Of a stretch of 64,000 nucleotides of DNA, positions 13,058 through 23,849 are shown in pieces (position 1 is the first letter of the stretch; each line of letters starts with the position of its first letter). The notes below the pieces were generated by a model that was given only the letters and a program-made list of their open reading frames with translations, had not been told where the DNA came from and did no database searches. The stretch spans positions 118,544,001 through 118,608,000 of the forward strand of contig OZ024745.1 of the NCBI GenBank assembly GCA_964016885.1, given 5' to 3'. This DNA is from Eledone cirrhosa (Eukaryota). A program made the translations under genes and the position numbers.

Positions 13058-14122
13058 CTGTCAATAATTAAAAGAACTTATATTCATGAAAAAAACTGTT
13101 TTAACTTCCTGTCATAATGAAATTTCTGTTAGTGAAGTAAAAAATAGTGTAACATATTAAATTTGTTAATTGAGGCATTGGTGTGTGTTTGTTGGTCCCT
13201 CTCTCACCCTCCCTCCATCTCTCTCTCCCCCCATATTCTGTGTGTGTGTGCCTGTGTGTATCATCATCATCATCATCGTTTAACGTCCATCTTCCACGCT
13301 TGCATGGGTTTGGACGGGAGTTTTCCCACTTGAGGCAAGAGTGGTTGTCTTGCTCACATAGGACTGTCTGGCGGGTTTTCTACGGCTGGATGCCCTTCCT
13401 AACACCAACCACATTTACAGTGTGGGTCTGGGAGGTTTTTACCGTGTTACCTACACGGCCACATTACAGCGTGGACTGTGTGTTTTTTTGTCGTGACACC
13501 TACACGACCTCATTTGTTTCGGACTGGATGTTGTGGTACCAACATAACTTTACATTGAAAGGGGTGGTGTGGATGGAGTGGGGGTAGTGGGACGGGGGGT
13601 GTATTTTTGTTAGAGGTGCCTACTGACTGTAGTAGGTTTCACTTTGTATATATATCATCATCATCATCAACGTTTAACGTCCGTGTTCCACGCTTGCATG
13701 GGTTTGGACGGGGGTAGTCCCACTTGAGGCAAGAGTGATTGTCTTGCTCGCATAGGACTGTATGGCAGGTTTTCTACAGTTGGATGCCCTTCCTAACACC
13801 AACCACATTTACAGTGTGAGTCTGGGAGGTTTTTACCGTGTTGCCTACACGGCCACATTACAGCGTGGACTGTGTGTTGTTTTGTCATGACACCTACACG
13901 ATCTCATTTGTTTCGGCCTGGATGGTGTGGCACCAACATAACTTTACATAGAACGGGGTGGTGTGGATGGGGTGGGGGTGGTGTATTTTGTTAGAGATGC
14001 CTACTGGCTGTAGTAGGTTTTACTATGTATTTAGGTAAGGCTGGTCTTCTCTGTTACTGAGTACCGCCAAAGGTCTCGGTCCAGTGACATTGTCTTGGAG
14101 AGGTGTAAGTGTGTGAGGTCGG

Positions 14123-14166
<44 letters not shown>

Positions 14167-14435
14167 TATTCTGTGTGTGTGCCTGTGTATATATATATAT
14201 ATATATATATACACACAGGCACACACACAGAATATGGGAAGAGAGAGAGAGAGATGGAGGGAGAGAGAGAGAGATGGAGGGAGAGAGAGAGACCAACAAA
14301 CACACACCAATGCCTCAATTAACAAATTTAATATGTTACACTTTTTTTACTTCACTAACAGAAATTTCATTATGACAGGAAGTTAAAACAGTTTTTTTCA
14401 TGAATATAAGTTCTTTTAATTATTGACAGAAATAT
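13052..14435. repeat. Inverted duplication of about 210 bp (13052-13260 vs 14210-14435) enclosing two RTE 3' fragments
   Basis: atatttctgtcaataattaaaagaac...cctgtgtgta is the reverse complement of tacacacagg...ttattgacagaaatat, with few mismatches. Confidence 0.9.
13261..14127 (-). mobile_element. Two tandem RTE 3'UTR fragments (13261-13648 and 13656-14127)
   Basis: Both match the 3' end of the 23.85-27.56 kb LINE and carry (GAT)n tails. Confidence 0.9.
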
Positions 14436-14825
14436 TCAGTTATTTAATTTACAGTAAGCTTACAATGCTCCGATATAGAAAAGGATACTTGGAACAACGT
14501 TATATGTAATTCAATCAAATACACATTATATATCGGAAATATATTTGAGCAAAATTATATGTAATTCAATAAAAAAAATTATACACATGTTCATTAGTTT
14601 ATACAAACTACATCAAGTATTATTGACTGTTTTGCCTTTTACTTATGAAGTACTTATCCCTCCGTACAGTATTGCATCTAATTTGGATCAGGTTCTGAGA
14701 GTTACTCAAAAGTACAAGCTATTTCATTCACTAAGCCTTTTAGTTAAGATCTTTGTTGTAATAAAAAAAAATGTTTAAATGTTGTGTGTGTGTGTGGGGG
14801 GGGGGGGGGTCTCATCTTCACTGTC

Positions 14826-14966
14826 TGATGAAGATGTTGATGATTGTGATGGTGGCGGTGATGTTGTTGATTGTGATGATGATGTTGATTGTGATGGTGA
14901 TGATGATGATGATGATAATGATGATGATGATTGTGATGGTGGTGATGATGATTGTGATGGTGGCAG

Positions 14967-14999
<33 letters not shown>

Positions 15000-15018
15000 T
15001 GGTAGTGATGGTGGTGAT
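14826..15018. repeat. (GAT/GGT)n low-complexity tract
   Basis: Directly visible. Confidence 0.9.
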
Positions 15019-15469
15019 TCAATAGTAAATATAGAGTAATGTAAATGATAAAGGGTTAAGAAATTATGAAATTGTTGCACAAATGAAATACTGAAGCACG
15101 AGATACACTCAGCATTGCTTTCTACTTTAGTCACAAGGCTAACAATTTGGGGAGGAGGGAAAGTCAACTAAATTAAACCCAATGCATTACTAGTTCTTTA
15201 TGTTATCGACCCTGTAAGGATGAAAAGTAAAGCTAACCTAAGCAGGATTTGAACTCAGAATGTATAGGAATGTAACTACATGCTACAAAGCATATTTCAT
15301 GAGATTTTATTAATAGAGGAAAGATAAATGAGATATTGGGGTAAATATTATATATTATGTGTGTGTGTTTATGTTGTGTCCTTTCAAATTTCACAACTTA
15401 GCAGGTCAACAAACACAGATCAATATATGTACCAAATTAAAAATATGTACCGGGGCCAATATTATCAAA

Positions 15470-15773
15470 TTGAGGAACTCCTTCAACCTCAAATTACCAT
15501 GGGATTTGTACCTAGAAAGTTCCCTCCTGAGGCACAAGTCTAGGCAAGGTGTGTTTGTGGAAGACCAGCAGTCACCCATGCATGTCAGTCTCCCCTCTCC
15601 TCTGATGTTGTCCAAGGGAAAGGCAATGGCTAATACATCTTGGTACTAATGACATCGCAACACATTTCTACAGCTGAGTGAACTAGAACAACGTGAAATA
15701 AAGGTCTGAGAATCGAACTCACAACCTCACGATTGCAGGCCCAATGGTCTAACCACTAAACCATACCCCTTCA
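15470..15773 (-). mobile_element. CORE-type SINE variant with a different 3' body
   Basis: tRNA-like head and partial CORE, then a body shared with 27632-27948. Confidence 0.7.
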
Positions 15774-15787
15774 CAGTATTACCTTAA

Positions 15788-16005
15788 CCCTTTAGCATTT
15801 ACATTACTCTATATCTACTATTGTATTTTCATGGTAAAGCCTTACCTTACATAATTATTTCACATAATATCGAATCTACGAGATTTTGATGTTATTTATT
15901 TTGAGATCAATACCTTAAGATCAGTATGAGCAGCCAGTTACAGCCAGTTTGAACAGAAAGAGCTGAAAGAATTCTGGCGGATATGACCAGTTTAAATGCT
16001 AAAGG
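15788..16005. mobile_element. TTAA-type (piggyBac-like) MITE
   Basis: ttaa|ccctttagcattta...taaatgctaaagg. Same family as 35228-35404. Confidence 0.65.
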
Positions 16006-16697
16006 AAGGACACACTTGAAAATGTAAGCCTAGATACATTATGCCTAAATAAAATATGGAGGTGTCATGGCTGGAATACCTGACCATAAATCTACTTAAA
16101 GCTGACCATGGGTTAAACAACAACAACAAACATAAACAATACAATTAACAACACCTTTACCAACTTCTGCAGCCCTCAATATTTCCAACCATCACCACAT
16201 CAACAACAACACTACCAAAACTAGCACCACTAACAACAACACGACCACCACCACTACTACTACCAACAACAACACTACCACCACAACTACTACTACTAAC
16301 AACAACATCACTATCACTACTATTACTACTACTACCATATAAAAACAAAATAACTATCACCAACATAACCATTGAAGTTCTATTTCTCCCTTCTTTTTCC
16401 TTAACTCCTCTTCCCCCTCTTTCTCTCCCCTCTCACTCCTCGTCTTCCGCCTCTCTCTCACCTATACCAGAACCCTACCCTATACAAAATACACTGGCAT
16501 ACATACATACATACATACATACATACATACATACATACATACATACATACATTCCACTGACATACATACATTACACTGACATACATACATTCCACTGACA
16601 TACATACATTACACTGACATACATACATTACACTGACATACATACATTACACTAACATACATACACTGACGTACATTTACAATTTATTTTGTAGTTT

Positions 16698-16738
<41 letters not shown>

Positions 16739-17265
16739 GTCTCTCTCTCGTCTACGATTTCACAGAACTTATGTTTACCGAATTCACAGACTAGACCCCT
16801 TCTTCCTCCCGTTAGACCTGTGCGAAATTCCTTCCTTGCTCACATTTCAACCAGGTTTGATGGTCTTTATTCTCTCTCGCTCACGATTTCACCGAACTTA
16901 TATTCATAGAAATTTTTGGACTTGACTTCTTCCTCACTTATCATTGCTTCACCATCTTTGTTTGTTTACACTCTCGCTGTTCCCTTTATTTACATGTCCC
17001 AACGACTTTCTTTAGCCGCTGGTCGTATATGGTCTTTAAAGCGATGAAATACCAATGATGGTTGGAAGATCACTGATGAAGGACTAACTTTATTCATATG
17101 TAACCCATTAGCAACGCCGCAGCACGTTTATTTTCATTTTTATATATGTATATATATATATATATATATACATACGTATATACGCATATGTGTATATATA
17201 TATATACACAGTTTATTTTGTAGTTTGACACACACACACATATATATATACATATGTATATACGC

Positions 17266-17304
<39 letters not shown>

Positions 17305-17545
17305 CACAGTTTATTTTGTTAATTAAGAAATAGAAATAGAGGAAGAGGAGAATAAATAAAAAGGAAATCAAAGTTTTACACCCCAGAGATATAAACATAT
17401 ATAAATATAGATACATGCATACACACATACGCGCATGTGTGTGTATGTATGTATGTATGTATGTATGTATGTATGTATGTATGTATGTATGTATGTATGT
17501 ATGTATGTATGTATGTATGTATGTATGTATGTTATGTGTGTGTAT

Positions 17546-18140
17546 GTCAGGTCACCAGTTGGTGCTACTGGTAACATGTATCCCAGTACAACCTGTCCCA
17601 TGGTCGGGTCGTTGGTGACTAAATTGGCAACCCCACCAAGGTTTCTTGGTGAGGAGGGTGACTTTGGACATCCTGCAGGACTAAAAACAAAACCTGTCAA
17701 AGGGCAAAGGAGTCAATGGCCATCCAAAATCACCGGGAGAGATGACCCCTTAGCCTTTGTCAAGGCAGAATGCTAGGAGAAGGAAAACTCTGATATAACA
17801 CCTGCAACCCTGATGGTATCCAATCATGTTGACTTGTTCTTTTTGGTAAATATCATCTTGGTTAAGAGAGTGGGACTGGCTTTGTGCAGTGCCTTTGCTC
17901 ACTATAAAAGCTTCACGGCACAGGCATTGCTTTATATCTGGAGATCTCTCTGCACTTGTCGTCACATGGTACCATGGGCCCAGCACTATGTGTCAATAAT
18001 TGTCACAAGTGTAGTGTTTGTACCAGAGTTTTCAAGTCGCTGGCTGGACTAAAAAGTCACACTCGTTGAGCGCATCGGTAGGAGTTCTCCTACATGGATA
18101 TAAAGTAGTGGCCGTACTCGAAAATGAGTTGGCAGCTACC
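17546..18140 (+). mobile_element. Internally deleted non-LTR (RTE-like) element joining a 5' UTR to a zinc-finger 3' end
   Basis: GC-rich 5' part (ggcaaccccaccaagg..aaacctgtcaaagggc). The 3' part encodes a C2H2-like CSVCTRVFKSLAGLKSHTR*AH. Flanked by (TATG)n and (TA)n. Confidence 0.5.
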
Positions 18141-18621
18141 ATATATATATATATATATAACTCCATCTAACCTATGCTAGCATAGAAGATGAGCGTTAAA
18201 TAATGATGATGATGATATATATACATTTGCATACGCACATGTACTTTTTCTGTGTGGATACATAATTTAACCTTGGCTAAAATTGCCTTGAAATTTACAA
18301 GAATGTGCCATATATATATATATTTATAAATGTATATATAGGTCAACATAAGAGTGGGCGAAGTTTTCCTGTCTCAATATTCATTTCAAGTGGTATATAA
18401 TCAAAAGAGTATGTGTGTGTATATATATTATATATATTATATACCCAACCCATTCAAGCATGGAAAAATGAACATAAGGCAATGATGGTTACGATGATAA
18501 TGTGTGTGTGTGGGGGGGGGGGGGGGGGTGTAAAAAGTAAACAGAAAAATAACAAAGCAAACGACACAGTACATTGAAGAAATATATATTAGTTTAATTT
18601 TTTTAAATAACAGATAAAGAG

Positions 18622-18657
18622 TCTAAACGTTTTGGACACTGGTCCTTCATCAGAAGA
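18622..18657 (-). ncRNA. Minimal hammerhead-like motif in a Penelope-terminus-like repeat (about 18535-18770)
   Basis: tctt-CTGATGA-aggac-cagt-gtcc-AAAAC-GTT-taga. Stem II intact, G12 changed to A. Same family as 49760-49795. Confidence 0.6.
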
Positions 18658-18797
18658 TAGAATTAGAAATAAAAGATAAAATAGAAAGATAAAGAGTGAG
18701 AAGGGGAAGGAATGGAAAATAAATGAAAAAAAAATTGGAAAAGTAAATAACAACAACAAGGAGTAGAGTTACGAAAGGTGGTAGGTATCTATCTATC

Positions 18798-18972
18798 TAA
18801 GGCGGGTAAAATTCCCGAGATCCATGGACGAGTTCTCTCCAGCGGTCTCTGTCCCTCATTATCGCTGCCATGTCCTGCGTCTCCAACAGACCAGTGTCTG
18901 TCCTTAGGGCATCAACATACGTTAACCTTGGTCTTCCTCTTCTAGTGTGTCCATGTAGGGACTCCCAAAGAT
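18798..18972 (-). mobile_element. RTE-like LINE 3' fragment
   Basis: Matches 53913-54240 (WESLHGHTRRGRPRLTYVD). Confidence 0.7.
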
Positions 18973-19144
18973 ATTAGGTTCATATATATACATGTATATA
19001 TTGTTTATTCACAATATATACTTCAGCATATAATTCCATGCATAACTCAAAAGTGCTCATGGCAAAAGCAGGGCATTATTAGTATAATCCAGTAACATAA
19101 AAACTACATACTTAGAAATATATATCATAATCCCACCCCATATA

Positions 19145-19179
<35 letters not shown>

Positions 19180-19186
19180 CACATCA

Positions 19187-19400
19187 TCTCAGACCGAGTG
19201 ATGTGTTGTTTCCTTGAGCAAGACACTTTATTTCACATTGCTCCAGTTTACTCAGCTGTAGAAATGAGATGATAGGGACTGGGGTCCATATCATTCCACT
19301 GCAAAGTGGTCATGGAGGTGCCACGGCAAAAAAGCACCCAACACTCACTGTAAATGATATGGACCCCAGTCCCTATCATCTCATTTCTACAGCTGAGTAA
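19187..19400 (+). mobile_element. Truncated CORE SINE with a perfect 48-bp fold-back
   Basis: 19248-19295 and 19353-19400 are exact reverse complements. Confidence 0.85.
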
Positions 19401-19480
19401 GTAGTACAAGTGGAAATCTGCCGTACGAGCGAGTTTCATACAAGCAATCACTACACGACACCGAGTTTACACATATAATT

Positions 19481-20050
19481 CATCATCATCATCATCGTTT
19501 AACGTCCATGTTCCACGCTTGCATGGGTTTGGACAGGAGTTTTCCCACTTGAGGCAAGAGTGGTTGTCTTGCTTGCATAGGACTGTCTGGCGGGTTTTCT
19601 ACAGCTGGATGCCCTTCCTAACACCAACCACATTTACAGTGTGGGACTTGGAGGTTTTTACCATGTTGCCTACACGGCCACATTACAGCGTGGACTGTGT
19701 GTTTTTTTGTCGTGACACCTACACGATCTCATTTGTTTCGGCCTGGATGTTGTGACACCGACATAACTTTACATTGAAAGGGGCGGTGTGGATGGAGTGG
19801 AGGTGGTGGGACGGGGGCGTTCTTTGTTAGAGATGCCTACTGACTGTAGTAGGTTTTACTTTGTATTTAGGTAAGGCGGGTCTTCTCTATTACTGAGTAC
19901 CGCCAAAGATCTCGGTTCAGTGACATTGTCTTGGAGAGGTGTAAGTGTGAGAGATCGGAATTTATCAGGTCGTCCCAGGTTTTTCTGGGTCTGCCTACTC
20001 CGTGGCTACCGTCTATCTTTATTGCTCTGCACTTTTTTATACAGCTGTCG
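19481..20050 (-). mobile_element. RTE LINE 3' fragment
   Basis: Matches the ORF end and 3'UTR of the 23.85-27.56 kb LINE, with a (GAT)n tail. Confidence 0.9.
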
Positions 20051-20259
20051 TAATTAAATTAATAAAACCGGTTTACATATTTCTTTTACCTTCTCTATCA
20101 TGTTTTTATAATTGTCATTTTCCTTGTAACTGCACCTTTTGTAAAAATGATTTTAGCGATCTGCAACAGATTATTTATATTTTAATTACCTTCAATGGGG
20201 AAAACTGATTTGTAAAATGAGTAAATCGTAAAATGAGCTCAGTCATGGAATGAATTAAA

Positions 20260-20313
<54 letters not shown>

Positions 20314-20348
20314 CGCGCGCGCGCGTGCGTGCGTGTGTGTGTGTGTGT

Positions 20349-20698
20349 GGAGGCACATGGCTTAGTGGTTAGAGCATTGGCCTTGCAATCGAAAGGTTGT
20401 GAGTTCAATTCTCAGACCAGGTGATGTGTTGTTTCCTTGAGCAAGACACTTTATTTCACATTGCTCCAGTTTACTCAGCTGTAGAAATAAGATGATAGGG
20501 ACTGGGGTCCATATCATTCCACTGTAGAGTGGTCGTGGAGGTGCCACAGCAAAAAAGCACCCAGCACTCACTGTAAATGAGGTTGGTGTTAGGAAGGGCA
20601 TCCAGCTGTAGAAATCAAGCCAGAATCAGTTCCCGTCCCACCCTTGCAAGCAGGGAAAAGCGGACGTAGAATGATGTTGATAATGATAATGATAATAA
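20349..20698 (+). mobile_element. Full-length CORE-type SINE with RTE-like tail
   Basis: ggaggcacatggcttagtggttagagc (A box), gagttcaattc (B box), CORE-like segment, ttggtgttaggaagggcatccagc, then a (gat)-rich tail. Confidence 0.88.
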
Positions 20699-20710
20699 TA
20701 TGTGAAAAAT

Positions 20711-20840
20711 TTGGAACCCCGATGACTCAGCTCCTGCTGTTTCAACAGCTAGATCCGAACATATTACCCACTCTACTACCCCAAGTATCAAATACTCTGG
20801 TGAGTAATGGTCTAACTGGTTTTTACCGCTTCCATTCTGA
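20711..20840 (-). mobile_element. TA-associated short element with a partial hammerhead (5' half deleted)
   Basis: Shares the core tattacccactctactacc..tactctggtg with 33093-33274 and 53183-53374. Minus strand keeps ggatctagctgtt-GAAAC..ATC-ggggtt. Confidence 0.6.
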
Positions 20841-20845
20841 TATAT

Positions 20846-20886
<41 letters not shown>

Positions 20887-21235
20887 GTAGTAGTAAGAGA
20901 CTCTTGGGGATTATACTAATAACTAAAAAATATGTAATACATATTGTGTGTGTGAGAGAGTGCATGCCTGTACATACTATGGTTGAGCAGTTAAAAAGTT
21001 TTGCTTGTCAACCACATGGTGCAGGGTTCATTTACAAGGTGTGGTACATTAGCCATGTGTCTTCAGCAGTTGAGAGAGATTTCATAAATGAAAATGTTAT
21101 TGCAGATATACCTGCCAATGTTATTGTTTGTGTTTGTACTAGATTGCTGCTTCAAGCAATACCAGTGTTAACCCCCTTCATTACCGTATTCCAATGCAAG
21201 AGTCTATCATCTTCAAATAATTTTGGAGGTATTAA

Positions 21236-21701
21236 CCCTTTTATGACTGCCTTTCTTATGAAATACACTCTATTTCAATTAATCAATGAAGAATTTTGAG
21301 GGATTTACTAAAATTATTAATTATTTCATTACTAAGCTAGTAACTTAATGTAAGGTTCTTATATGAAATTATGTTGGAAGATTTTAATTTACATTACTCT
21401 ATATTTACTGTATTTTCACACTAAACACTTTACCTCACATAATTATCTCACATAATATCGAATCTATGAGATTTTGATATTATCTATTTTGAGTAGCCGG
21501 TTATGACTGGTTTGACCAGAAATAGGTGAGAGAATTCTGGTTGGATATGGTTAGTTTAAATGCTAAAGGGTTAAATTGAAAACCTAGGGTTCTTATATAA
21601 AATTATGTTGGATGATTTTAATTTAAATTGGAAACCTTTAACATGGGTGGCTTTATTTCATAGAACCAGAGCTGGTTTTGGCCTGATGGGTAACAAAAGG
21701 G
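21236..21701. mobile_element. TTAA-flanked MITE with a nested piece of the ccctttagcattta family (about 21388-21570)
   Basis: ttaa|cccttttatgac ... aacaaaaggg|ttaa. Related copies at 28490-28730 and 28964-29184. Confidence 0.6.
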
Positions 21702-22282
21702 TTAAATAATATAACTAACTTTCTCATCATTAATTTGGTGTTTGGAGTATAACTTAATAAATGTTCCTACATAAAATTAAAATTGGAGGTATTTAGATGC
21801 ATCTTGGTTTTTAGACTAGGTGCAGTCTAAAACTCCAGTATGTCGTAAGAGGAGACTAAAGGGTTGGCACCACAAAGAGAAACTGGTTGTTAAACATTGT
21901 CTCAAGCCATCTTGTCCAAACCTATTCCAGCATGGAAAAGTGGATGTAAGATTTATGATGATGATGATGATGATGAACACTCCACGAAAAGGAGTTTTGT
22001 ATCATATAAATAAGGGTGGTTTCAGGTAATTTGGTATCAAAAGGGTAAGTCAATATTCAAGGTCTAAGTTAGTCAATTGGTAAACATACAGAACTGTAAG
22101 ACAAACATTAAGTTTACTATGATAGACCATAAGCTCCTAGAAGCAAGGCCCAAATATAGCTAGGGTCCCATTACATTTTTAGGGAAACAGAGAGTTCCTG
22201 ATATGAATTAGAAATAGGTTTGCTGTCTGAAAGTGATATGAAAAGTTAACAGTGCCTCATGACACCTACTTACTAAAATAAT

Positions 22283-22660
22283 TGTTTTGGCACAAGGCCA
22301 GCAATTACCCAGTGCATTACTGGTACTTTATTTTATTGACCCCGTAAGGATGAAAGGCAAAGTTAACCTCGGCAGGATTTGAACACGGAATGGCAAGGGC
22401 CGTAACTCTGTGCATCAAAGCATGGCGTCCGACCCTCTACCGATACTGCCAATCCACCTACTTACTAAAATAATGCTTTCTGATTTAGGCAGAAGGCCAA
22501 AAATTTTGACTCCAGTACATTACTGGTACTTTGTTTTATCAACCCCATAATTAAAGACAAAGCTAACTTCAGCTGGATTGGACCGCATAATGTAAAGGGC
22601 AGTAACTTTATCATGCAAAGCATGATCTTTGATGCTCTACCGATACTGGCAACCCATCAC
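22283..22660 (-). mobile_element. Two tandem Nin-like SINEs
   Basis: Core and A/B boxes as above, separated by repeated target sequence cctacttactaaaataat. Confidence 0.8.
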
Positions 22661-23849
22661 TTCCTACTTACTATGATAATAACAATAAGAATGATACTGT
22701 TGACAATGATGATGATGAGGATAAACAGAATGAAGACATTTACTGAAACTTTCACACAAACACAGGGATGAGATGCAGTGTGCAGAAGAGATTGCATTGA
22801 TATGATGCATGTGATGCATATGAAGGATGAGAGCTTGATAAAAAGGTGCAGGGAAATCAAAATTGATGGAAGCTATGGAAGACCTGGGATGAGGTGATAG
22901 AAACCGACCTTGTACAATTGATCCTCTCAAGTTGATGACACAGGATCAAGATCCTTGGTGTCATGTGCAGTAATACAGAAGACCCTCCTTCCCATGCTCA
23001 CAGGTTGAAGTGTACATCTTCTATGCACCACTTAACCCCTATTCCTCACTCCATACGCCTCCCATGCCCCAACACACTAACCACATCCCAAAACCCTACT
23101 GCCTTCCATGCCTTTACACCACCCTCACATCCAACTCAGCTTACACTGTAAAGTGGTCATTACAGCATTACAGTGCCACAATAAAAAGCACCCAGTCCTC
23201 ACTGTAAATGTGGCTGGTGTTAGGAAGGGCATCCTGTTGTAGAAACCAAGCCAGAAAGAGTTCTATATGAGCAAGACACTATCACCTGACCTGACTGGCT
23301 TCAAATGGGACAAACCCATCTAACCCATGCTAGCATGGAAAACAGAGGTTAAATGATGCTGATGCTGAAGTTAAATGATGCTGATGCTGATGACACATGT
23401 AAACGCAAGTACATGTCTATAAGTGGCATGATTACAGATGATAAAGAAGACTGAAAGAGAATCAATGTCGATAAGCTATTAAGAAGACAGGAAAAAGTAG
23501 TTAAGAATTTATAGGAGATACAATAGGTCACTAACATATAAGTATACACACGTGTGTAGAATGTTGTGGCTTCTATCATATATATACACATGTGTGTACA
23601 ATGTTGTGGCTTCTATTATCATATATATAAATATATACATGTTCTTCCCCCGGTCCATTCATCTATCCGTATCATCGTCCAGAATCCAATCTTTGCTTTT
23701 TTTCAATGCTATTCTATAATTCTGTCTGATTGTTCAAAATAATCTTCTTGTATTTTAAAATCCCATAATTCTTCTCTTATTACTGTTATATGCTTGTTCA
23801 ATTATGCCCAAAATTCAAGGATTTTATTTAAACCTTCTCGCTAACTACC

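Noticed and set aside
14744-15167. Poly-Asp, poly-His and poly-Ser ORFs
   Set aside because: (GAT)n low-complexity tract.
20090-20160. Candidate minus-strand coding exon with plausible splice sites
   Set aside because: All three frames contain stops and there is no other support.
20349-20420. tRNA gene
   Set aside because: A and B boxes run straight into a SINE body, the head is multi-copy, and there is no clean acceptor stem or T-run terminator.
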